From a virus, in the IMG/VR virus record IMGVR_UViG_3300045988_142085, positions 1-64,000 of that record: a DNA stretch of 64,000 bases. One strand, written 5' to 3'. Both the position numbers and the translations under genes were made by a program. Shown one piece after another: positions 18,596 to 28,312 of this stretch. The notes below the pieces were generated by a model. That model saw only the letters and a program-made list of their open reading frames with translations. It was not told the origin of the DNA and did no database searches. The stretch's first letter is position 1; every line of letters starts with the position of its first letter.

Positions 18596-21500
18596 TTATT
18601 TTTTAAAATCGGCAAAGTTTAATTGCTGACCAGTTTTCATATATGCATTACAATAATCTTGGAATACACCAGGATACAAATCACCGATAGACCCATAAGA
18701 TCCGCCACGATTAGGTTCAGACCACACTTCGATATGAAGATGTTCATCATAATCGTTAGGACCACCAGGGCCAGTGCCACCGATAATGCCGATTGGCTGA
18801 CCACGCTTAATTGTATCGCCAGGCTTAACAAATATCTGAGACATATGCATATATATAATAGTTTTATTTGTTCCGTTAGAAGCATTTACAGCAACTGCGT
18901 TGTAGCCCCATCCAGTATCGAATACATATCCGTCACATATCGATAGAATTTCAGGCTTAGGAGAATCAGGAATAAATACGACGTCCATACCTTGATGTGT
19001 GTGACTCGAACGAACTTCACCAGGGAAACCAGATAAGCTAATAGACGGAATGTATTCTGGAGCAAAGAAGAATCCCCACTTATCGTTATCGAACTCTGTC
19101 GCATAGAATTCTTTAGATAATTCTTTATAAGCTACACATAATTCGATAAGCTTTTCTAAAGAATTATGCGGATCCATTGGTTCTTCACGTTTACCGGTAA
19201 CGTTAATCGTATATGGTTCCCAGAATTGAGATAACGTCCAAGATGCTTGATTCTTAATATCGAGATTAAAATACTTCTTAGATTGACCGCCACTATTATT
19301 ATTACCAGAGTTATTTTGTAAAGCATATACGAAATCTAAACGAGTCTTAAGATCTTCGTGCTTAGCAAGCTCTTTTGTTTCGTCTTTAGTCGGTTTGTCA
19401 CCAATGATATAAGCTTCGTTATAATAATACGATAACATTACTAATAGTGGATTATCGATTAAAGACTCATCTTTAAGTTTCTTAGTAACGCTTTTAATCT
19501 TTTCGATAATGCTACTATAATCAGACGTATTAAGTAAACACATTAATACAGCAATAATAACTGAATTAATATCTTTATGAACACCGGCATTCTTAACAGC
19601 ATCAGCCATCTTAACATAAGTATCCTTAGCTTTAGCAATATTCTTCGCTTGATCTTTATAGTCTTTAATTTTATTGACGGCAGATTCTGCAGCTTTTTTA
19701 AATAATGGAATCTGAGATTTAGCACATTCTTCAGCTGTTAAATAAAATAAGTTATTAGTATCGCCAGTCATTGCAGCTCCAGCAGCTAAACCAGATCCAT
19801 ACATTGAAGGAGAATTCATTAACTTAGAACCGTCGTCGATAATCGATTGACGCCAGTTAATAATAGGCACCTGTTCTTCGACCGGAACGAGCTTCCAATC
19901 CATCTTAAATCCTTCAGGCCATTGATCTTTAAGATCTTTATGTGTATCGCTCTTAGTAAGGGATGCACCTTCTGCAATATTCGCAAGCTTAAGAGGCTCT
20001 TGATACCGTTTAATATCGATTAAATCGCAATAGTGTTTCATATCGGAATACGATAACTGATTGTTGTCCAATAAGACACTAAGATTAGCACCGACCTGAT
20101 TAAGAATTTCGTAAACTTGACCGATAATCGGTTCGATACGAGTACTCGTCATATACTGATCGATTTGGGTTTGCATACCGTCGGCAACTCTATCATCCGT
20201 AAGCTGACGAATAGCTCGATATTTTTCGTATAAGCTATTGCCACCATAATACATATCGTTAATCGGGATAATACTAGCTAATCTAAATAGATAGCGAGTT
20301 ACGGTCGATAGATGATTTTCGACTTGAACCATACGTTTTTCGACGTCGCCACCCATCTCTAAAAGAGCTTTAGCCGTATTAAGCTCAAACTCAGTAGCCT
20401 TAATACTCTCTTTTACGATACGAGGCATATGTAATTCTAGATCTCGAATACGTAAATCGGTCGGAAATGGATCAGACGGATTAGGTACCATACCAGGAGT
20501 CGGAACTTTAACGGCATTATCGTGCTTAGTCGGATCGAACTGAATCTGACGCTGAGCAATAGACTGCATACGAGTCATCTGATACTTAGCGGCTTCACTA
20601 CCGTAAGCAGCTACCGACGTAATCGGCAATCCGACATTAAAACAATCATCGACATTAATTGTATCGTAAGCATATAATGGAGGATTTAATTTCTGAGGCG
20701 TTTTATCTTGAGCACTTAATGTATTGTTCTCGACTTTAGCATCTTCAGGCTTTTTGCTTTTATCGTCTTTATTAACTTGATCTTCTTTTTTAGCTTCGGT
20801 AGTATTTTTATCGGACGAAGTTTTAGTTACATCACTTGTTGTATTGCTATCTTTAGTGATAGTAACCTTAATTTTATCTGGAGCATTACCAATATTGGTG
20901 ACGCCTTCCTTAGAGTCGTCTTTCTTATCTTTACTAAAAGATACTTTGCCAGAACTTAAAGAATCAAAGCTAGTTTTACCGTCTTTAAGAGAAACCGACT
21001 TAACTTCGGTGGCATCTTTAACTTCTTTATTGTCGGCAGTCGTTTTATCTAACGTTGTACCTAAAGCCCATTCAGGAACTTGATTATATACCGATACAAT
21101 ATCTGGATAGATAGGCTGACACGGAGTTTTGCCGATTGCTAATTTCTGAGTATTATAAATAGTATAGTACTTAGGAGTTTTCTTTTTACCGGAGAATGTA
21201 CTTCTAACACCGGTATCTGAAGGAGCCGTAGCATTATAAACGCCACCTTTACCTACACCACCTGTACTAGAACCAGATGAAGCCGGAACTTCGGCTAACA
21301 TATCGTCACTTAAAGGTTTACCGTTAACGAAATGATCATAAATCATTTGAGCATAACCTTGACGTTCAGGAACGTTAGCTCCACCAGATCGTTCGAAGCA
21401 TTGTTCGAATGCCAATGTCGCTTGTGCAACATCGGTCATCTGTTTAATTTCGGGCCACTTAGGATAACCGTCACCATTAACCGGGGTCCATTCTAAAGGA

Positions 21501-21760
21501 CCGTTTTCTAATTCCCATAAACCGAAATTAAGTTGATCTTCTAGATTATCTTCATTGCCTTTAAACTCGTTAAGAAAATGAGGCCAACGATAATCTTTAT
21601 CCCATTGGCATAAACCACGATGATCGCCATTATCGGCATGAAGATTCCAAGTCGACTCTTGCATGATATTACCGAACCAAGCAGCTCTAGCTACTTCTGG
21701 AATATTCTTAGTGCCGAGATGTTTCCAAGCCTGTTCTATTAATTGAGATATTTGAGCCAT
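18596..21760 (-). CDS. tail-associated peptidoglycan hydrolase: N-terminal lytic transglycosylase (SLT) domain, Ser/Thr/Lys-rich linker, C-terminal M23 (LytM) metallopeptidase
   Basis: N-terminus GNIMQESTWNLHADNGDHRGLCQW (SLT ES...GLxQ motif). C-terminus HTHQGMDVV...DYDEHLHIEVW (M23 HxxxD...HxH). Same architecture as phi29 gp13-type tail lysins. Confidence 0.8.
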   Translation of the reverse strand: MAQISQLIEQAWKHLGTKNIPEVARAAWFGNIMQESTWNLHADNGDHRGLCQWDKDYRWPHFLNEFKGNEDNLEDQLNFGLWELENGPLEWTPVNGDGYPKWPEIKQMTDVAQATLAFEQCFERSGGANVPERQGYAQMIYDHFVNGKPLSDDMLAEVPASSGSSTGGVGKGGVYNATAPSDTGVRSTFSGKKKTPKYYTIYNTQKLAIGKTPCQPIYPDIVSVYNQVPEWALGTTLDKTTADNKEVKDATEVKSVSLKDGKTSFDSLSSGKVSFSKDKKDDSKEGVTNIGNAPDKIKVTITKDSNTTSDVTKTSSDKNTTEAKKEDQVNKDDKSKKPEDAKVENNTLSAQDKTPQKLNPPLYAYDTINVDDCFNVGLPITSVAAYGSEAAKYQMTRMQSIAQRQIQFDPTKHDNAVKVPTPGMVPNPSDPFPTDLRIRDLELHMPRIVKESIKATEFELNTAKALLEMGGDVEKRMVQVENHLSTVTRYLFRLASIIPINDMYYGGNSLYEKYRAIRQLTDDRVADGMQTQIDQYMTSTRIEPIIGQVYEILNQVGANLSVLLDNNQLSYSDMKHYCDLIDIKRYQEPLKLANIAEGASLTKSDTHKDLKDQWPEGFKMDWKLVPVEEQVPIINWRQSIIDDGSKLMNSPSMYGSGLAAGAAMTGDTNNLFYLTAEECAKSQIPLFKKAAESAVNKIKDYKDQAKNIAKAKDTYVKMADAVKNAGVHKDINSVIIAVLMCLLNTSDYSSIIEKIKSVTKKLKDESLIDNPLLVMLSYYYNEAYIIGDKPTKDETKELAKHEDLKTRLDFVYALQNNSGNNNSGGQSKKYFNLDIKNQASWTLSQFWEPYTINVTGKREEPMDPHNSLEKLIELCVAYKELSKEFYATEFDNDKWGFFFAPEYIPSISLSGFPGEVRSSHTHQGMDVVFIPDSPKPEILSICDGYVFDTGWGYNAVAVNASNGTNKTIIYMHMSQIFVKPGDTIKRGQPIGIIGGTGPGGPNDYDEHLHIEVWSEPNRGGSYGSIGDLYPGVFQDYCNAYMKTGQQLNFADFKK

Positions 21761-21763
21761 ATA

Positions 21764-22207
21764 TTATTTCCCTTCAAAACACTCGTATACTATACGATTA
21801 TATTCTTGATTTAAACAAATTAGTTCTTTTGGGATTATCTTAATATGATCTCGACAATGCTTCTTAGTTGTAGTATAATCGAGAGATTGATTTGATATTC
21901 TTTCTAGAAAATCTTCTGAGTAACTACGATAGTTAGATAATGATTCACTAATATAATTTTTGATCACAGAGTCTAATCGACTGCTATCTCCATCAGTATC
22001 ATATAATACAAATTCTGATGTATATCCTAACGGCATTGGTCCATTATATTCAACATAAAATTGACTAGTGAACAACTCTTCATAGTCATCTTCTATAGCG
22101 GTTAAATAATCAGCATATAATAAATATAACAGATGTCGTAGCTTCTTAGGAGAAACATTTGGCAACTGTTCTTTAATATACTGAATAACGTCTTCTATAT
22201 GATTCAT
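21764..22207 (-). CDS. hypothetical protein
   Basis: 147-aa ORF immediately downstream of the lysin. Confidence 0.45.
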   Translation of the reverse strand: MNHIEDVIQYIKEQLPNVSPKKLRHLLYLLYADYLTAIEDDYEELFTSQFYVEYNGPMPLGYTSEFVLYDTDGDSSRLDSVIKNYISESLSNYRSYSEDFLERISNQSLDYTTTKKHCRDHIKIIPKELICLNQEYNRIVYECFEGK

Positions 22208-22221
22208 TAAAATTCTCCATG

Positions 22222-22252
22222 AAAAAAGCCCTCATTCAAGGGCTTTAAAATA
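22222..22252 (-). terminator. intrinsic terminator
   Basis: AAGCCCT-TGAATGA-GGGCTT followed by TTTTTTCAT on the minus strand. It ends a 37-aa ORF at about 22239..22352 that is not in the track. Confidence 0.5.
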
Positions 22253-22549
22253 TTCAGCAGCTTCTTTATATTCTAAAGAGTCCTGATTACATAATAATAA
22301 ATCGATTAAATAATTGCATGCATCTTCTAGATTCATAATATGATATACCTTTTTAAATAATAAGAACTAATACTATAGTTAGAGTATATCATATTTATTT
22401 AAATAAAAAAAGAGCATCCTAGCGGGGGACTCATGAATACAATGCCATTTTGCGGAAAAACATCTATTCAAATGCTAGAACACTCTTTTCTGTAGTTATA
22501 TCGAAAGGATGTGAAGATATCACCTAACTACATACTTATTATAGCACGA

Positions 22550-22951
22550 TTATTTTTTATCGTCAACTGCAACAAGTTCTCCACCGACAACTTTCCAGAT
22601 TCTACCATCGGCAGCATCTTTGCCGATAATATCTTCTCGAGACATATAATCGAGAGAATCGTTAAAATCGTCATAGATTTCTTCGAGACCATCTTTAATA
22701 TAGTTATTCATAAAAACACTTTTATCGGGATATGGATCGACAAAAGCTTCTTCGATTTGACCTTTGCGAATACGATTATATTCTTCCATCGTCATAATAC
22801 ATCCAGTATTAACATGTTCGATAAAGAATTCTGGATAGCGAATTTGATCACCACTTAAACTCGAATAGAATCGGTCACCTTGCCAGATGACTCTTCGTAT
22901 TTGATATGCATCACGCATAATATCACCTTTATTTAAATAATATAGATTCAA
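22550..22951 (-). CDS. hypothetical protein
   Basis: 133-aa ORF; first gene downstream of the 1.8-kb non-coding region. Confidence 0.45.
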   Translation of the reverse strand: MNLYYLNKGDIMRDAYQIRRVIWQGDRFYSSLSGDQIRYPEFFIEHVNTGCIMTMEEYNRIRKGQIEEAFVDPYPDKSVFMNNYIKDGLEEIYDDFNDSLDYMSREDIIGKDAADGRIWKVVGGELVAVDDKK

Positions 22952-23490
22952 TTTGAAAGCATCTATATATTACTTATATCTTATTTCAATCGACTATATT
23001 TATCACATAATCGACTCAAATAAGATATTGTACTACCAGATAAAAGGTGTGTGTATGCAAATTATCGAAACACTGGTAGTACAAATCTTAAATTTTTGTT
23101 ACGTAATTTAAATAAAATATTAAATATCACTAATTATTTTTGGCCGCAAGGATAGCCTTTAAATATTCTTTAAATATAAGCAAATTAGATTAAGTTTTCT
23201 TAAGATCGCAACCAATCCATAAATTGTTATTACTATATCAATCTGGAGACGCTCATGTAAAGTATGAAACTGTTAAAAATCGGATTACATTAGCATCGTA
23301 ACTTAATCATCGTAATCTGCTTAAATTATTTAACCTATCCTAACAGGAAACGTTTGTAAGTACTAAACGTAATCTTATAGCTTAAATATTATATTCTACA
23401 CAATAATAACTTTCCTGCGAGAGAAACGTTTAACTGCAGCTTATTAAGGAATCGCCGCCAGCTTATTTTAGAAGATTCATTCGCATTATC

Positions 23491-23596
23491 TAACACTCGA
23501 GCGACTGGCCAGAAATTGTAAATTAAAAAGATGTTATGTGTGCAATCATAACATCTCATTATTTAAACCGTTTAAGCTGCCAGTCGAATCAAACGT
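23491..23596. repeat. structured repeat unit, copy 1: outer stem CGACTGGC/GCCAGTCG enclosing inner hairpin GATGTTATG-TGTGCAATC-CATAACATC
   Basis: About 78% identical to copy 2. The inner hairpin differs by paired compensatory substitutions (GAUGUUAUG/CAUAACAUC versus GAAGUUAUG/CAUAACUUC). Confidence 0.6.
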
Positions 23597-23674
23597 TCTT
23601 AGCGAATGAATCATAGGATTCAGAATCATCAATATTGTATAGAGTATGATATTCTTGGTCACTCGCCATCATAT

Positions 23675-23776
23675 AACATTCAAGCGACTGGCGAGAGGTT
23701 GTAAATTAAAAGAAGTTATGTTGTGCAGCATAACTTCTCATTATTTAACACTCATAAGCGCCAGTCGAATCAAACC
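23675..23776. repeat. structured repeat unit, copy 2
   Basis: CAAGCGACTGGCGAGAGGTTGTAAATTAAAAGAAGTTATGTTGTGCAGCATAACTTCTCATTATTTAACACTCATAAGCGCCAGTCGAATCAAAC; outer stem of 9 bp. Confidence 0.6.
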
Positions 23777-23829
23777 TAAATGGCGAGTGAAAGCTATTCA
23801 AGATTTTTTATATCATATAAAATAGTGTA

Positions 23830-24760
23830 TTTTGTTTTCCTGTTTTATATAGACTAATCCCGTGCGGCAGCACGAATTAGTTAAAAATATATATACTATA
23901 TATTAATATAGTATAGTTTTGCTTCACTAGAAGTAATTGTTTCTTTATTACTAAAGCTCTTGACTACTTCCTACGATATTAGTCTGTAGAATACTCACGT
24001 ATTCCTCTCGTCTTTCCCGACATTTAGCGTTTCCGCACAATCGTAGATCCCGTCCTATTGCTGTATTCACCAATGAGGAGTGTCCTCTTATTTTTGTTTA
24101 AGAGGAACAACGAGTCCCCCCGGGTCTTATTTAACCATGGTAACTTTCTAAACTTAATTAACATTCTGTATCTTAACTGCAATGTTTTGTGCATTCGCTA
24201 CTTTAGGCTGTATACGGACTTATAACCTATTTGCCCGCTGACGTTGATCCTGCTAGTTCCGACTTGAGTACACAAAATTACTCTTGCTGGTCCGGGATAT
24301 AAACGGTATCGTATAGCTATCCTCTATATCCTATCCAACCACAAATCGCTATCGTTAACGACTACAGATCCTCTGATTTCTTATCAAATATCGGTCCGCA
24401 AAATGTAGCTGATCACCGAGTCGATTTTCCTAGATGCGCTCGACTACACACCGTTGTTACGCCTAACCTATATTAACCAATTAAGGCAGGACAGCATTAT
24501 CATCACGACAAGGCTTTCATGTCCTTTATAGGCTCGTAACCCGCGCCATCGGGGTCCATACTATAGAGTTCTTAAATACAGGGCCTCTATAATACAATGC
24601 CTTCCATTACGTTTCCATATGTATATTTGCACTCATACGTTGCAACTAGTGACATATTTCCATCGTCTATCCCTATGAAGACACAAGATAGTTTCGAAAT
24701 ACGATATATTAAATTGTTAACTTTATTATAAGATATAATTCGACGGTTGTCAAACTATAT
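23830..24760. ncRNA. candidate large structured non-coding RNA (alternatively part of a replication origin); about 900 nt, ORF-free in all six frames, GC about 45% against a background near 30%
   Basis: No ORF of 60 aa or more anywhere in 22952..24771. The strongly elevated GC and many local GC-rich hairpins (for example CGTGCGGCAGCACG and CCTCTTA-TTTTTGT-TTAAGAGG) suggest selection for RNA structure. Strand undetermined. Confidence 0.3.
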
Positions 24761-24771
24761 ATTACACGAAA

Positions 24772-27700
24772 TTAAAAACTTGACACAAAATTTTGCAATT
24801 CTTTTTTGTACGAATTTTCATACCGATATAACTTTTGGTTATGACTAAATCGAGTCCGCACGTCAAGAAGTAAATGATATTGGTTATCAAGATTAATCTT
24901 TTGTTTCTTTAACGGCTTCTTTGCCAAAACGATTCGTTCAAGTTTGAAGCTATCCATATCAACGATCTTTTCGACCTTATCGGCATACTTGTTGATCGAG
25001 ATAACATCGTCGTCATTTTCATATTCGACTTTATCTAACATATCTCTATAGATAGCATTAGTATTATCTTGATTGCCGCTAACAAGACTACTTAAACCTT
25101 CATCGTCGAAATCGCCTTCAAGAACTTTTACGCTCTTAAGCTTTTCGGCCATGAACTTAATTAATGTTTCTTGAACGGTGCCAGCATAATACATGTAATA
25201 GATGCTTACATTATTCTTTTGATTTAATCGATAACTTCTTCGAGCTGCTTGACGCATCGTAAAGAAATTCTGATCGAGTTCATAAAATACGATCGTCGTA
25301 AAATCTAATAAGTCTAAACCAGTATCGACCATACCAGGATTACAGATTACGACACGGACGCCTTCTGCTTTTTTCTTCTCGAACCATTCGATTCGTTTCA
25401 TGGCAGAAGTCGAGCTTTTAAGAATAGCTGTTTTAATACCTTCTTGTTGTAATCTGTCATAGATTATACTATTGATATCATTATTTGTATCGTAATAAGT
25501 ATATACTAAAACACATTCCTGATCATGGTGATTAATGATCTTCATTAGTTCGTCGAGCTTATGATTATCGCGAACACCGGTACCGCGATATTCGATATAA
25601 TCGTCGGCGATGAAGCATGGATTATCACTCCAAGCTGCAAGTTTTTTAATCTCCTGATGTTTATATCGAGCCGGAACAGTAGCATTAGATAAATTACTTA
25701 TTAAATTATTATAGGCTTCAATATTTTCTTTATTTAACTCACATTTAATAATAGATTCATTATAGGCCGGTAGTTCAGAACTAACGTCGTCCATTGACAT
25801 AAATACACAACAGTTACTTAATAACTTAATAAAGATATTAGGATTAATACCAGGAGCATCTTTTGTCTTAGTCGTACATTCGACATTAGCAGTAGTATTA
25901 CCTAATTTATCTTTTTCTAAGAACTGAACATTTAAATAGCGACCCCAGTTATGATTAATATACGTAAAGTCGACAGCATTTTCAAGTTTATACAACTGAT
26001 TTTCATAAGGAGTATATTCAACTTCCTTATAGCTATAACGATCTTTAAATTGCTTTTTCATGCCTCCACGGAAGTCTGGATTTCGCTTCATATATTCTTC
26101 GTATTCATTTTTAATCTTCTCAGGATAAAAATACAAGAACATATTATATAAATTTTCAGCATAACCATTAAATAGTGTACCGGTTAATCCTAATATTTTC
26201 TTAGCACAAGAAGCTAATCGTTGTACACCATGACCTTGCGCACTATTCGTCAAGAATTCGTGCATTTCATCGACAATTAACATATCGACATTATGACGAC
26301 CCTTACGTTGAATATACCAGTCTAGACTAGCAAAATTAGCAGCTTTTTGTTCGCTAATATCGATCGCTTTAACAATTTGATCGATATCATAACTCATGAT
26401 ATTCTTGTTATCGATCTTTTTAGTATCGATTAAAGAAGCACATGCTTTAACTTTAGGAGCATCTAAGTAATCTCGATAACGAATTGTTTCTTCACGATCG
26501 CCTTTTTTGTGCTCAGACTTAGAATGAATTCTTAAATATCGAATATAGCCCCATTCATTTCGACCATCGACTAAAATAATACTATCCTTTTTTTCTTTAT
26601 CTAATACATTCTTAACATGTTTTAAACAATCGATACTAGTATTTCTAGTTTTAATAACGGATTGTTTAATGCAATTAGGATTAACAAGAATATAATTAGT
26701 CGATAATCGTTTATTAATTTCTGGTTCAATATGTTCGATATATTCTTTGGTGCTATTACATTCATAGATTTTAGCATTAGGAGCCAAGATATTAATATCT
26801 TTACTCCATTTTTTAATTAAATGAGTCGGGCATACAACGAATACATTTTTATTTAAACCGCTTTTCCATAAACTAGCAATACTAATAGCCATACTAGTTT
26901 TACCGGTACCTGGTTGAGAAATTAAAAAGCCAGCTTTTTCTTTTTTAAGATGGCGATGCATCGCATTAATGATATTCTTTTGATTTGTAAACAGATTAAA
27001 ATCACGTTTATAACCTAAATAATCACTAAATGCTTGGACTTCAGGATCGAAACCTTTGTTAGGATCGAATGTAATATTAGTCGATTTATTTACAGTTGCC
27101 GATAAATCGTTAATATTATTATAAATGAAATCGTTAATTGTCATGTCTTCATGAATATAATCGGCATTTTCACCGTCATCGGCATCCCTAACAATATCTT
27201 CGACACTGTCGGTATAATATCCGTAAGCCGGCATTTTGAATATCGTAAATTCTAATTCTTTATTTTCGATAACATAAGAATTATCGAGAGCTTTATTAGT
27301 ATTAAAGAATAAATCGACAAGGTTTTCGTTAAAGAATGAGCCATTAGCCTCTTTATTTAAATACTCGATATAGTTAGCGACTAGAATTTCTTTATTTTCA
27401 CGAATATAGTCGGATTTTAAAAAATCTTTTTTATACTCTAAAATAACGCTATCCTTATTGTCGCCTAGTAAAAATAATACATAGAATTTATTCTTAGTTT
27501 CAGCATAAAACCTATGCATATTATATGGAAGATTAGATAAATTATTGTTAGATGTTATTGTACAATCTCTTATTTCTTTACGAAATTCATAATTATATGC
27601 TTTCTCAAAATACTCGAGAGTGTCTTTTATTTTTTTGTTATAAGACTTAGATCCTGTACTATAGAGATCTAATAATACAAACGTATCAAAATCTGTAAAT

Positions 27701-27798
27701 ACTTTAGCGGCTAAGTCTTTATATTTTTTATCGAAATTAAAAAAGGCTCTACCAGATTTCTTGGAGAGCTTTTTAATTTGATTAATATCTATTTTCAT
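24772..27798 (-). CDS. SNF2-family (SF2) DNA helicase/translocase with a 290-aa N-terminal domain
   Basis: Walker A ISQPGTGKTSMAI; DEMHE (DExH); SNF2 motif III-IV LGLTGTLFNGYAENLYNMFLYF; motif VI MRQAARRSYRLNQ. Confidence 0.75.
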   Translation of the reverse strand: MKIDINQIKKLSKKSGRAFFNFDKKYKDLAAKVFTDFDTFVLLDLYSTGSKSYNKKIKDTLEYFEKAYNYEFRKEIRDCTITSNNNLSNLPYNMHRFYAETKNKFYVLFLLGDNKDSVILEYKKDFLKSDYIRENKEILVANYIEYLNKEANGSFFNENLVDLFFNTNKALDNSYVIENKELEFTIFKMPAYGYYTDSVEDIVRDADDGENADYIHEDMTINDFIYNNINDLSATVNKSTNITFDPNKGFDPEVQAFSDYLGYKRDFNLFTNQKNIINAMHRHLKKEKAGFLISQPGTGKTSMAISIASLWKSGLNKNVFVVCPTHLIKKWSKDINILAPNAKIYECNSTKEYIEHIEPEINKRLSTNYILVNPNCIKQSVIKTRNTSIDCLKHVKNVLDKEKKDSIILVDGRNEWGYIRYLRIHSKSEHKKGDREETIRYRDYLDAPKVKACASLIDTKKIDNKNIMSYDIDQIVKAIDISEQKAANFASLDWYIQRKGRHNVDMLIVDEMHEFLTNSAQGHGVQRLASCAKKILGLTGTLFNGYAENLYNMFLYFYPEKIKNEYEEYMKRNPDFRGGMKKQFKDRYSYKEVEYTPYENQLYKLENAVDFTYINHNWGRYLNVQFLEKDKLGNTTANVECTTKTKDAPGINPNIFIKLLSNCCVFMSMDDVSSELPAYNESIIKCELNKENIEAYNNLISNLSNATVPARYKHQEIKKLAAWSDNPCFIADDYIEYRGTGVRDNHKLDELMKIINHHDQECVLVYTYYDTNNDINSIIYDRLQQEGIKTAILKSSTSAMKRIEWFEKKKAEGVRVVICNPGMVDTGLDLLDFTTIVFYELDQNFFTMRQAARRSYRLNQKNNVSIYYMYYAGTVQETLIKFMAEKLKSVKVLEGDFDDEGLSSLVSGNQDNTNAIYRDMLDKVEYENDDDVISINKYADKVEKIVDMDSFKLERIVLAKKPLKKQKINLDNQYHLLLDVRTRFSHNQKLYRYENSYKKELQNFVSSF

Positions 27799-28283
27799 TA
27801 GTATAAATTACCTTTTTCAATCTTATTAATATAGTTGATATAAGGTCGACCAGACTCAGTCGATTTAAATTTATTGTCGCCAATATATTCGAAATTAGTA
27901 AATTTCTTAGAACCACCAACAATATAATTGCCGGCGATTTTATTTTTTAGTTTATCGCTTAACATATATAAAGCAATATATTTCTTATCGACTGGCAATA
28001 GAGAATTAAATGGCTTCTCTTTAATTTCGCCTGTCGAAAACTGAATATCGACAGCTTCATCGAGATAATCATTATAATTAGTATTATTAGCGTATACGAA
28101 TTCAGGAATGTCGGTAAGAGAGAATACTTTGATGCCTTCTCGTTCACCGATTAATTCGCCATTACTAATATCGACTTTACTGTCGATAAAAATAATATAC
28201 TTTTCTTCGCCATGATTAAGATCTTTTGGTTGCGGATTACTGAACCTCATATAATTAAAATCATATGATTCTAAAAATAACAT
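27798..28283 (-). CDS. hypothetical protein
   Basis: 161-aa ORF; its ATG lies 29 nt after the tnpB stop. Confidence 0.45.
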   Translation of the reverse strand: MLFLESYDFNYMRFSNPQPKDLNHGEEKYIIFIDSKVDISNGELIGEREGIKVFSLTDIPEFVYANNTNYNDYLDEAVDIQFSTGEIKEKPFNSLLPVDKKYIALYMLSDKLKNKIAGNYIVGGSKKFTNFEYIGDNKFKSTESGRPYINYINKIEKGNLY

Positions 28284-28312
28284 AAAGTTATTTTATTAAG
28301 AAGTTTGATTTT

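Noticed and set aside
23491-23776. Possible CRISPR array, given the repeated ~100-nt units
   Set aside because: Only two copies. The units are about 100 nt with internal hairpins and diverge by about 20%. There is no regular repeat-spacer periodicity and no cas genes, so they are not CRISPR repeats.
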